Assembly (NCBI GenBank): GCA_003144275.1
Contig: NJBF01000011.1
Coordinates: 61,042-93,041, forward strand
DNA length: 32,000 nucleotides
Origin: Candidatus Heimdallarchaeota archaeon B3_Heim
GTDB lineage: Archaea; Asgardarchaeota; Heimdallarchaeia; Hodarchaeales; Hodarchaeaceae
Direction: 5' to 3'
Shown: positions 18,222 through 26,728 of the stretch, piece after piece
Layout of the letters: each line of letters begins with the position of its first letter
Numbering within the stretch: the stretch's first letter is position 1
Position numbers and translations under genes: made by a program
Notes under the pieces: model-generated
The model's database searches: none
Told to the model about the DNA's origin: nothing
The model's input: only the letters and a program-made list of their open reading frames with translations

Positions 18222-18386
18222 AACTATCCACCCATCTGTTCAGTGCATTCATTTAAGTTAGTTTTGCCCTCAATCTGTTATGGATTCCTAAGTAGTAAAG
18301 AGGCAAAAAGAACTTTCTTAAGGGGTGATACTTTATTATTCGGTTGTCCGTTGATGTGAGAGATAAGGCAAACGAGTCTACTAATT

Positions 18387-20204
18387 ATGAATACGTTCCA
18401 ATTAGAACAAGTAGAAGAGATGATAAGCCAAGCAAACTATCGTGATGCTCTGAATGCGATAGAGAGCTATGAAAAATTAGATGAACTGTCTGACGATGAG
18501 CAACTGACATTAAAATACTTGAAGAGCACTCTTTATTTACGGAAGGGATTATTTAAGGAGGGAAAGAAGTATTCTGAAGAATTCCTTGAAGCAAGTCGTG
18601 ATTTACTCAATCCTGCTCGAGAAATAGATGCCCTGGTTTCTCTTGGAATGGCTATAACTATTTTAGGTGACCCAGATAATGGATTAAATTTTGCAGGTAA
18701 GGCAAAAAGAATACTAACGATGCTTACTAATGATCCTACGACCGAGCTATCAAAAAAAGAGGCAGATCTTCTTCATCTTAAAGGAATTATTCTTCGATTT
18801 AAAGGAGAGGATGTTAAGGCGCTTAAAATGTTCCAACAAAGTCTTTTATTGCGTGAAAAAGTTGGTGATGGTATAAAAATAGTCGATTCACTTTATGAAA
18901 TAGGTGTTATTCATTATTATAGTGTTAGACCAGAAAAATGTTTGGAATGTTGTCAAAGAACTCTTGAAATTAGTAACGCAACCAACAACAAAAGAGGAAT
19001 TGCGCTGGCCAAAATAGGATTCGGTGCGATCCATAGAATAAATGGAGAACATAGTAAAGCACGAAAGCTTTTTCAAGATAGTTTAAAGATTGGTGAGGAA
19101 ATTGATGATCAAAGGATTATCAGTTTGTCTCTTCAATTCATCAGTACAGTTTGTTTTGATATAGGGGAGCTATCCATAGCCTTGGAATATATTGAAAGAT
19201 GGAAGTTCCTGGTTGAAAAAACTGGTAACTTTGGAGAAGAAACTATGATCTATAATAATCTTGGTGCTACATACACCTATGCAGGAGATGTCAACCGAGC
19301 ACTAGAACATTACCAAGTAAGTGTCAAGAATTTAGAGAAGATTGGTAACCAGAGAGCCATTATTATTTCCCTTGTTAATGTTGGTGAAATTCTTTCAATA
19401 ATGGGTAAAAACAAACCATCCAGGGAGTATATTGAAAGGGCTATAGAATTGGCTAGACAGAATAAGTATGATTATGGACATTTATTTGCTCTTTATGCAA
19501 TGATTCGATATTTTAACAATTCCATCAGCTCTGATGCTTTAGACGAATATTTACTAGAGCTTAAAGAGATATATGATCGTCATATTGAAACTCCAGCCAT
19601 AAACCAGCAATACCGTCTTGCAAAAGCAATTATATTGAAATCTAAAGGCAGATTAGCCGATAAAATGGCAGCGCAGAAAATTTTCCAACAGATCAGTGAG
19701 GAAAAATGTGTCCATCTTGATAATACTGTTGATGCATTGATAAACCTAAGTGAATTATTGTTATTTGAATTAGAAACTACTGGAAACAAGAAAGCGTTAG
19801 CAGAATTAAATAAAATCTCGAATAAATTGCTTACTCTAGCGAAAACCCAATATGCTTATCCATGCATGGCTGAAGCATATCTTATTCAGTCTAAACTGAA
19901 ATTGATCGAATTTGATATTGATGAATCACAACGTTTACTATCACAAGCTCATCTTATTGCACAGGAGAAGGGGTTAAACAGACTGAGCCAAATTATTTCT
20001 ATTGAGGAAGAATCCATGCTCAAGCTATTCAGCACTTGGGAGAAAATCCTGGATCAGAACCCCTCTATAAGCGATATAATAAAAATTTCGCGAGTGGAAG
20101 ATCTGATTACTGGGGTTATTCGAAATAAAATATATCAGAACGAAGAAGAGGTCATCGCTTATGCTGATAAAGCTCTTCAGATTGCGAAAGCATGGAAAAC
20201 ATAA
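18387..20204 (+). CDS. Tetratricopeptide repeat protein
   Basis: Tandem TPRs (IYNNLGATYTYAGDVNRALEHYQ; LVNVGEILSIMGKNKPS). Confidence 0.9.
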   Translation: MNTFQLEQVEEMISQANYRDALNAIESYEKLDELSDDEQLTLKYLKSTLYLRKGLFKEGKKYSEEFLEASRDLLNPAREIDALVSLGMAITILGDPDNGLNFAGKAKRILTMLTNDPTTELSKKEADLLHLKGIILRFKGEDVKALKMFQQSLLLREKVGDGIKIVDSLYEIGVIHYYSVRPEKCLECCQRTLEISNATNNKRGIALAKIGFGAIHRINGEHSKARKLFQDSLKIGEEIDDQRIISLSLQFISTVCFDIGELSIALEYIERWKFLVEKTGNFGEETMIYNNLGATYTYAGDVNRALEHYQVSVKNLEKIGNQRAIIISLVNVGEILSIMGKNKPSREYIERAIELARQNKYDYGHLFALYAMIRYFNNSISSDALDEYLLELKEIYDRHIETPAINQQYRLAKAIILKSKGRLADKMAAQKIFQQISEEKCVHLDNTVDALINLSELLLFELETTGNKKALAELNKISNKLLTLAKTQYAYPCMAEAYLIQSKLKLIEFDIDESQRLLSQAHLIAQEKGLNRLSQIISIEEESMLKLFSTWEKILDQNPSISDIIKISRVEDLITGVIRNKIYQNEEEVIAYADKALQIAKAWKT

Positions 20205-20226
20205 TAAGCACTAATAATGCGAAAGG

Positions 20227-20649
20227 TTGGTTTTGAAATTGCCGTTTTGGGTTTATATGTTACTCGTAGGAAAAAAATCCAGTGGATATAATCGTAAAAT
20301 TTACACGGGGTACACACATCATCTTGTGAATCGACTTACCCAACATATTGGCTTAAATAGTGTAAAAGGTGCACGGATAACTCGTAAACAGCCAATTGAG
20401 CTTGTGTATCTGGAAAAATTTTCTTCTCGTAAACTGGCTCTGAAGCGTGAGTGGGATTTCAAACATACAAGTCCAATAAATCAAAAACCGAATAAGCTTA
20501 GTCTAATAAAAGAGTTCCAAACAAAGAATGCGGACATTTTAAAGGATTTAAATACGACTTTTGAGGAACATTATCAATTTCTTGAAACTTTGACAATTGA
20601 AATCAAAAAAATTGAAAAGGGATTTGAGCGACGATTAACACCAAAATAG
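20227..20649 (+). CDS. GIY-YIG nuclease (UPF0213/SLX1-like)
   Basis: VYML...IYTGYT..LVNRLTQH...GARITR...ALKREW pattern; TTG start, exact start uncertain. Confidence 0.85.
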   Translation: MVLKLPFWVYMLLVGKKSSGYNRKIYTGYTHHLVNRLTQHIGLNSVKGARITRKQPIELVYLEKFSSRKLALKREWDFKHTSPINQKPNKLSLIKEFQTKNADILKDLNTTFEEHYQFLETLTIEIKKIEKGFERRLTPK

Positions 20650-20724
20650 TTATTTATTAGCATAATTCAATACTTATTTTAAGACGGGTTATGATTATAA
20701 CCTATTGGAAGTGAGTTCGAACCT

Positions 20725-22062
20725 ATGGTAGATCCTTTGTTAATTGGTGCCTTCTTTATTCTTCTGATATGTCTGATCATGATTATTCGTTTCACAGAGA
20801 TCATTCCATACCTTTATATCTATTTTACTGCCAGGAAAGATCTTCCAGTCAAACTTCCAAGTGATTTTGGATTAGAAGCTACCTCCATCTCTTTTCCTGT
20901 TAAAGGTAATTTACAGAAAGCTTGGTTTTTTCCCAGTAAGCAAGAAAATGATGCTACCATTCTTATGATCCCAGATTGGACAAATGAACATTCTTTAGAA
21001 AACAGTTTGAAAACATCTGGAGTATTTCAAATCATGGGATTTAATGTCTTACTCCCTATTATTCATAACATTGATGAATCAACGCGTCTTCTTCTAAAGA
21101 AGAATTTTTCAACTCGATATTATTCGCTAATAATCCTAAAGGCGTATGAATACCTCATCTTACGTGATAATCTTAATAAACGGAAAATTGCTGTGTACAG
21201 CCAATCATTCAGCACACTATTAGTAAGTACCTTAGTAAAAGATCAACCGATCCGAGCTGTCATTCTCGATAATGGACCTGTTTCGTTAAATATTCTAATT
21301 GCTCGTAAATTACCCTATGCGGGTTTTGGTGTCTCTCTCTTAAGATTCTTGACCCGTTTGATTTTGTGGCCTTTCACGTGGAGAACACGATGGAATCTAA
21401 AATATTCTCTCTCCATGCTCCATTCCTGTCCTACGTTCCAAATATCAGTTTTTGATCATAAAAATATGCCTAACAAGAATATTTTCAAAATTTTTACGTC
21501 CTTATATAAACCTAAGCAGCTTTGGCTTGAAGATGCTCTTCTACCATCTGGTGGGATTCGGGATACTTGGCCAGATGAATATTTCTCACAGTTAAATTAC
21601 TTCTTCAACCGATGGTTAAACAAAGAACCCGCTCCTGAGTGGCATTGTGAACTGCAGGTTTCAAAGCTTGGGAAAAGAGAATTTTCCGCGTCACTTAGAG
21701 TTTCAGCTCTCCCTCCTCAAATGGAGCATATTCCCCTTCGTATAACATTGTCTGATAAAAAAAATCGACTAGTCCATGAACGAGTATGGTTTTTAGGGGC
21801 AGAACAAACATATGAATTTCAACTACCATTTCGTCCTAGCTTTAATTCATTATTACCCTATTTAAATGTCGAACGCGTCAATAATAAGAGTATTCCATGG
21901 GTAAAGCTTGATGCTGAAGAAGCGTTAAAATACACAGTTCATACAATTGTTTCTCTCAAGCTATCTGAATTGATAGAATACGAAAAACGGTACTTTAAGA
22001 CCAAAAAAAGGATTTCAACTGATATAGCACTTGAAAATACGGAAGAAATTACGATACCTTAG
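20725..22062 (+). CDS. Membrane-anchored alpha/beta-hydrolase-fold protein with degenerate catalytic motifs
   Basis: N-terminal TM helix, LQKAWFFP, ILMIPDW (in place of hLHGW), IAVYSQSFS (in place of GxSxG), IRAVILDNGP; extra beta-rich C-terminal region. Confidence 0.6.
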   Translation: MVDPLLIGAFFILLICLIMIIRFTEIIPYLYIYFTARKDLPVKLPSDFGLEATSISFPVKGNLQKAWFFPSKQENDATILMIPDWTNEHSLENSLKTSGVFQIMGFNVLLPIIHNIDESTRLLLKKNFSTRYYSLIILKAYEYLILRDNLNKRKIAVYSQSFSTLLVSTLVKDQPIRAVILDNGPVSLNILIARKLPYAGFGVSLLRFLTRLILWPFTWRTRWNLKYSLSMLHSCPTFQISVFDHKNMPNKNIFKIFTSLYKPKQLWLEDALLPSGGIRDTWPDEYFSQLNYFFNRWLNKEPAPEWHCELQVSKLGKREFSASLRVSALPPQMEHIPLRITLSDKKNRLVHERVWFLGAEQTYEFQLPFRPSFNSLLPYLNVERVNNKSIPWVKLDAEEALKYTVHTIVSLKLSELIEYEKRYFKTKKRISTDIALENTEEITIP

Positions 22063-22354
22063 CATAGTGGCATGATTCGCAAAACGGATTATCTTGATCG
22101 AATAATGTGCAGTGAAAAATTGACCTATCTGTACTAGTTCTTGTAAAATAAAGACATTCTAAATTATATTTTTTCTGCTCCACTTCTTCTAGGTTTCCGA
22201 CTACACCTTCACTAAAATAACCGCACTGATTTGGGCATTTGCTTATCCACTCATGATATGTAACGCAATAAGAAAGGGATTTGCCAGGTGTGGCAATTAA
22301 TGCGGTACATGGTTTGAATGCTAAATTGTTCATCTCATTTCCCAAGAAGGCCAC
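22049..22354 (-). CDS. Small Cys-rich protein (8 Cys, two 4-Cys modules)
   Basis: CPNQCGYF and CESCHY ends of two similarly spaced modules. The track start is GTG; ATG at 22333 is an alternative. Confidence 0.6.
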   Translation of the reverse strand: MAFLGNEMNNLAFKPCTALIATPGKSLSYCVTYHEWISKCPNQCGYFSEGVVGNLEEVEQKKYNLECLYFTRTSTDRSIFHCTLFDQDNPFCESCHYAKVS

Positions 22355-22477
22355 CTTTCATTTCTAGAGTGCGGATCCATTGTTATAAGCATCACGTTTT
22401 CTGGTTTAATTTTGAGTATATATGCTCTGAATATAATCAGTATTAGAGGAACTCATGATCTTTGAGGATTTAACAGG

Positions 22478-22936
22478 ATGACAAGTTTGTTACAGGATCC
22501 CCATTTAGTTATCTACGACAACTTATTTTTCGGATTATCACTGGGTAAGTACGATATCAATTTGATTAAGGAGTTTGAATGGATTATAGAAGAATTTGTG
22601 TTAGTTAGACAAGTATACAAAGATAGGGTACCTCAATTAGAATTGATATTACCTTACTATACAGTAAAAGCATTTACTATGATATCCAAGAGTAAAAACA
22701 AAAGATTCCTTGAAAATAGTGGTTTATTCATTCAGTTCATCAATTACTCAGATCTAACAAATCGAGAATTGATTGGATTAGGTCTAAGAATTACTTCGAA
22801 TACTAAAATTACCTTACAAACCTTCGGTGCCTCTTCTGAGGATCGTATTCAAAAAATTATGTTTCTCCTTTCAAGAGGTTTATTGAAGTCTCTATTTCAC
22901 AGGATAGAACATGAAGATATTGAAATAATTATTTAA
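22478..22936 (+). CDS. Hypothetical protein
   Basis: 152-aa ORF, not overlapped by longer ORFs, with GAGGA upstream; no recognised motif. Confidence 0.6.
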   Translation: MTSLLQDPHLVIYDNLFFGLSLGKYDINLIKEFEWIIEEFVLVRQVYKDRVPQLELILPYYTVKAFTMISKSKNKRFLENSGLFIQFINYSDLTNRELIGLGLRITSNTKITLQTFGASSEDRIQKIMFLLSRGLLKSLFHRIEHEDIEIII

Positions 22937-23048
22937 CAATGGGTGTACAATGTCCTACTTAACATCAGTAATATTGGAGCAGTATTTGTTTTGTCCTCGA
23001 TATTTTTATTTGTATAGGATAAGCGGAATACGGGGGAAATGATTCTTA

Positions 23049-23915
23049 ATGGTTGAACTACTAGATCTTGTTGTTCAAGGCCTTAGTGATTTCATACATT
23101 GGTACACTGTAGGCGTTCAGGGAGAGGATCTTGTAGATTTTTTTGTTAAACAATTTTCTTATTACTTGTTGCTCCAAATCATTCTTTATTTTCTCCCCTT
23201 CTTACGAAGGATATTAGTTATTTTTTTTCTTCCCTTCCGATGGATTCATGTCTATCTTCATGTGTACACAGCTAAACAAATTTTAAAGGAAATTGAATCT
23301 CGTAAGGAGTTAGGAGAAAAAGAACCAGTTATTGATACAGGGAGTCTCCGTGCATCTTTAATTTCAGGTATAGATGTTTCAGACGAGAATCCTGGATTAC
23401 TTATGGGTTTTAATCGATTTGAATATGCAAGACGAGTAGCCTTCGCACCCAATAAACTTGCTTTTGCAATGTTGCTAGGCTATCTTATTGTGACCCCATT
23501 GATCTTTGCTGATACAGGTATTCTTTCATCTCAAGTGGGAGGAATGGTCCATTTGTACCTCTTTATCGGGATTTTTGGGGTATTAATGCCTAGTATTAAC
23601 GATTGGTATTTTATGATTCATGCTTTGATGATAAACCTCCAAATTAGACCATTTTGGTTTTACAACGCTATAATTGTGTATGTTGTTTTCACGTTTGATA
23701 CGCTTTGGAGAACACAGAATTTTTTTCTCTCCATTCTTTTGGGAACATTATGGTTTGTAGTATATGTTATTGGTTTATTTGTGGTAGGATATATCGCTCA
23801 AGGTGGGAAAGTAAAAAAACCAGTTTTTTTCTGGGTACCTACTGAAAAACCGATACAGAAATTCACAAAAAAGGCAGATATTGATTTCCTCTCTCTAGAA
23901 GACCTAGATTACTAA
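23049..23915 (+). CDS. Integral membrane protein resembling M50/DUF3267-like metalloproteases, with HVYLH in place of HExxH
   Basis: TM-embedded RWIHVYLHVY, VAFAP, and LMPSINDW (PSxxD-like third-ligand motif). Confidence 0.55.
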   Translation: MVELLDLVVQGLSDFIHWYTVGVQGEDLVDFFVKQFSYYLLLQIILYFLPFLRRILVIFFLPFRWIHVYLHVYTAKQILKEIESRKELGEKEPVIDTGSLRASLISGIDVSDENPGLLMGFNRFEYARRVAFAPNKLAFAMLLGYLIVTPLIFADTGILSSQVGGMVHLYLFIGIFGVLMPSINDWYFMIHALMINLQIRPFWFYNAIIVYVVFTFDTLWRTQNFFLSILLGTLWFVVYVIGLFVVGYIAQGGKVKKPVFFWVPTEKPIQKFTKKADIDFLSLEDLDY

Positions 23916-23926
23916 GCTGGATTTAA

Positions 23927-24646
23927 CTATCCTAAATCCTTATCTCTATCCAAAAACAGTTCAATAGTGGTTGATCCAAGAAATTGATTGTATACATAGA
24001 AATCTAGTGAGGATCCATTACTAGATTTATGCAATACTGATTTTGTCATACAAAAAGGATCTATTAATCTATCTTTACTTGCTAATTCCTTTGAAGCATC
24101 GGAAAAAGCATGATGAGCAATGATGATAGGTAAGTTTCTTCTAATAGCGATTTTTCTAAGATCTAACATAAAATTAAAGATATTTCGTGTCCATTTTTTC
24201 TTAGATTCGCCAAAAAGCTCAATAAGTTGCATAGGTGAACCAAATATTGTGTCTAAAATTAGTAGGGAAATATCTGAATACTGTCCCTCAACAATTTTTT
24301 TAATTAGGATGATATTCTCTAAAAGAGAATTTGGGTGGAAAAAATTTACTTGATCCAGAAATTCTTCACAATTCAAAGTTCTTTTGAGATTCAGATATCG
24401 AATATTTCCTGAAAAATCCGAATAAATAACATTCGCATTCCGATCACTAATGAGTATTGAGTTAATTGCCTGTTGACAGAACCACGATTTCCCGACTCCC
24501 GATTCACCTAAAATCGAATGAATTTGTCCTGTACTAAGACCCCCTATAAGATTATCAATAATATCAATACCCATCGTGATTTTAATGGATTTTTCTAGCT
24601 CTTCATTTATTTCTTGAAGACTTTTAACTCTATCAATGGTTTCCAT
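23927..24646 (-). CDS. RecA/RadA-family ATPase, RAD51-paralog/RadB-like (no N-terminal HhH domain)
   Basis: ITMGIDIIDNLIGGLSTG, Walker A GESGVGKS, VIYSDF, Walker B LLILD, LRKIAIRRNLPIIIAHH. Confidence 0.85.
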   Translation of the reverse strand: METIDRVKSLQEINEELEKSIKITMGIDIIDNLIGGLSTGQIHSILGESGVGKSWFCQQAINSILISDRNANVIYSDFSGNIRYLNLKRTLNCEEFLDQVNFFHPNSLLENIILIKKIVEGQYSDISLLILDTIFGSPMQLIELFGESKKKWTRNIFNFMLDLRKIAIRRNLPIIIAHHAFSDASKELASKDRLIDPFCMTKSVLHKSSNGSSLDFYVYNQFLGSTTIELFLDRDKDLG

Positions 24647-25098
24647 TATGAGTCAACTACAAAGCGTGTGCATTCGTTTGCTGGAAACAGATCTTTGGAA
24701 ACGATAACAATAACGACCATTGAAACTGCTAATTTTTTAAGGTATGTCCAATTTTCATGGTTGTTAGTACACAATGGCGGATAATTCACAATCAGCGAAG
24801 AAAATCCATTTTTCAAGTATGTTGAAAGCTCATTTGAACCAAGAACTTGCTTATAATCCTCAATTGACAATATTTCCATAAAAGAAAACTTATTTTCCAA
24901 GGATTTATACCGACGAAGTATATGGTAAAAATAAGGTAACGGAACTACTCGGAAATCAATCCATAATATTTTGGGAATCACCCATTCTTCGATTCTAGCA
25001 GTCATTAGAAGACTCACACACTTGTAATAATCCCCTATCAAGACATTTGGTTGAGTTAATGTCGTAGATTGTTGATGAGAATTCACTGGGTTCTTCAC
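24646..25098 (-). CDS. Hypothetical protein, probable degenerate RecA-fold (inactive RAD51-paralog-like)
   Basis: Co-linear similarity to the neighbouring ATPase (KILWIDF/NVIYSDF; SSLIVNY/SLLILDT; LKKLAVSM-VVIVIV/LRKIAIRRNLPIII); no P-loop; coupled by overlaps at both ends. Confidence 0.55.
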   Translation of the reverse strand: MKNPVNSHQQSTTLTQPNVLIGDYYKCVSLLMTARIEEWVIPKILWIDFRVVPLPYFYHILRRYKSLENKFSFMEILSIEDYKQVLGSNELSTYLKNGFSSLIVNYPPLCTNNHENWTYLKKLAVSMVVIVIVSKDLFPANECTRFVVDS

Positions 25099-26153
25099 AT
25101 TTTTCCTAAGTCTGAATCTATGATTCGATCGTCTTTTTCAGAAAGTTCCTCCTGATAGACATAATAATATGGAATCCCAAACAGAATGAAAATCAGTACT
25201 GGAATCATTATAAATCCAGGAATGGGATGACTAACCGACTCTAAATTGTTATTTAATGTGTTAATTTCCTTCAGAAGGCCATAAGCTCTAATAGAAATAC
25301 TTATTGTAGAATAATCATCAGTAGAGGAAATTATCGGGATAATATAGAGATTAATATGCCAAATCTGGTTTTCAAGATCGACTTTATTGACTGTTGAATT
25401 TATTCTTACAACATTCCCATCTATGGCATGATTTCTTCCCGTTCCAAGTGCTATGTAATCAAATTGTCCACCTTTAATAGTAATTTCAAGAATTGATGAA
25501 AGATACAAATTATCAGGAATATCCACAGGAAGTAGACTTTTTGTAAGTATTTTTTTACCAAAAAATGATATTTGTGACGGTTGAAGAGCATATTGGAAGT
25601 TGCTAGACAAAATCATCAAAGATTGTTCACTAAGGGGTTGTACAAGATCAACTGCATGAACAGTTGCCGAAAATATTATGAAATTATATTCCACTTCGCG
25701 CCAAGATATGAGGGAGTCTAGATACATGGAAACAGAAACGGAGAGTATTTCTTGATATGAATAATTTAGCGGAATCATCAATGCCTGAGGTTGATCAAAC
25801 TGATAAACAAGACAATTCTTAAGGCCTTCTCTTTCATTACTTGAAAAAACGTGATCTGTGATAATATCATTAATTTTGATTGTAGTTAAGATAGTATCAA
25901 TTGGTTCTCCAAAATTTTGAATGGATAAATTTAGAAATAACTTATCCCATGGTCTAGACAAGACAATAAAACGATTAAAAGTTAATTCTGGCTTATCCAT
26001 TGTATAATTAAAGTTCAAATCATACGAACTAGATTTACTCTCTTGTTGCTGGAGTGTCTTGGCCAAATCTCCTTTACAAATTACTGTTATTCCCTGGATA
26101 ATAATTAATAAGATACCTAAAGTGATAATTTGTTTCTTATCTATCAGAAGCAT
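25095..26153 (-). CDS. Hypothetical membrane-anchored extracellular protein
   Basis: N-terminal hydrophobic signal/TM, beta-rich middle with NxT/S sequons, C-terminal TM (PGFIMIPVLIFILFGIPYYYVY). Confidence 0.7.
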   Translation of the reverse strand: MLLIDKKQIITLGILLIIIQGITVICKGDLAKTLQQQESKSSSYDLNFNYTMDKPELTFNRFIVLSRPWDKLFLNLSIQNFGEPIDTILTTIKINDIITDHVFSSNEREGLKNCLVYQFDQPQALMIPLNYSYQEILSVSVSMYLDSLISWREVEYNFIIFSATVHAVDLVQPLSEQSLMILSSNFQYALQPSQISFFGKKILTKSLLPVDIPDNLYLSSILEITIKGGQFDYIALGTGRNHAIDGNVVRINSTVNKVDLENQIWHINLYIIPIISSTDDYSTISISIRAYGLLKEINTLNNNLESVSHPIPGFIMIPVLIFILFGIPYYYVYQEELSEKDDRIIDSDLGKM

Positions 26154-26156
26154 TCT

Positions 26157-26723
26157 TCAATAACTCCAAAATAATGAAAGGAACATTCTTGCACAATTTA
26201 AGGAAAAAATGAATAACCCCAGATAACCCAAATTCTTATTTACTCTTGGATCATTGAACGGGATTCGAGCAATACGTATTCGTTTTGTATTTCGGGGGAG
26301 GGTCCAATGAAACTTGTAATGCTTAACAGGATGATTACTAAAGACAGATCGTTTTCCTAAAGGTAATCCCCCGGGATTTAATGAATCTATTAATAAATGT
26401 GAAAGCCAACTTATTGTAAATAATATTATTACAACTTCTAAAATTGTTACATTAGATTTCTGTCCAAGATAAAGGAAGGGAAGGAAATAGAAAACTGTCC
26501 AAGGAGAGTGTGTAAGAGGATGTCTATTCCTTGTTAATAAAACACCCTCATTTTCATATTGAACATTAACATATCGATCTATGATATTCGGAACCAAACT
26601 GAACAAACTGGTAATCGTTGATAGTACCATAATTATCCAAGAGGAGAACATCTCCTCTACTATCAACATCCCATATAAATTTGTAAATCCGAGCGAGAAT
26701 AGATAATGAGTAATATTTTTCAT
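26157..26723 (-). CDS. YdjM-like membrane metal-dependent hydrolase
   Basis: N-terminal TH, LVPNIID, RHPLTHSP and WLSHLLIDSLNPGGLPL match the family's His/Asp pattern. Confidence 0.8.
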   Translation of the reverse strand: MKNITHYLFSLGFTNLYGMLIVEEMFSSWIIMVLSTITSLFSLVPNIIDRYVNVQYENEGVLLTRNRHPLTHSPWTVFYFLPFLYLGQKSNVTILEVVIILFTISWLSHLLIDSLNPGGLPLGKRSVFSNHPVKHYKFHWTLPRNTKRIRIARIPFNDPRVNKNLGYLGLFIFSLNCARMFLSLFWSY

Positions 26724-26728
26724 TTAAT

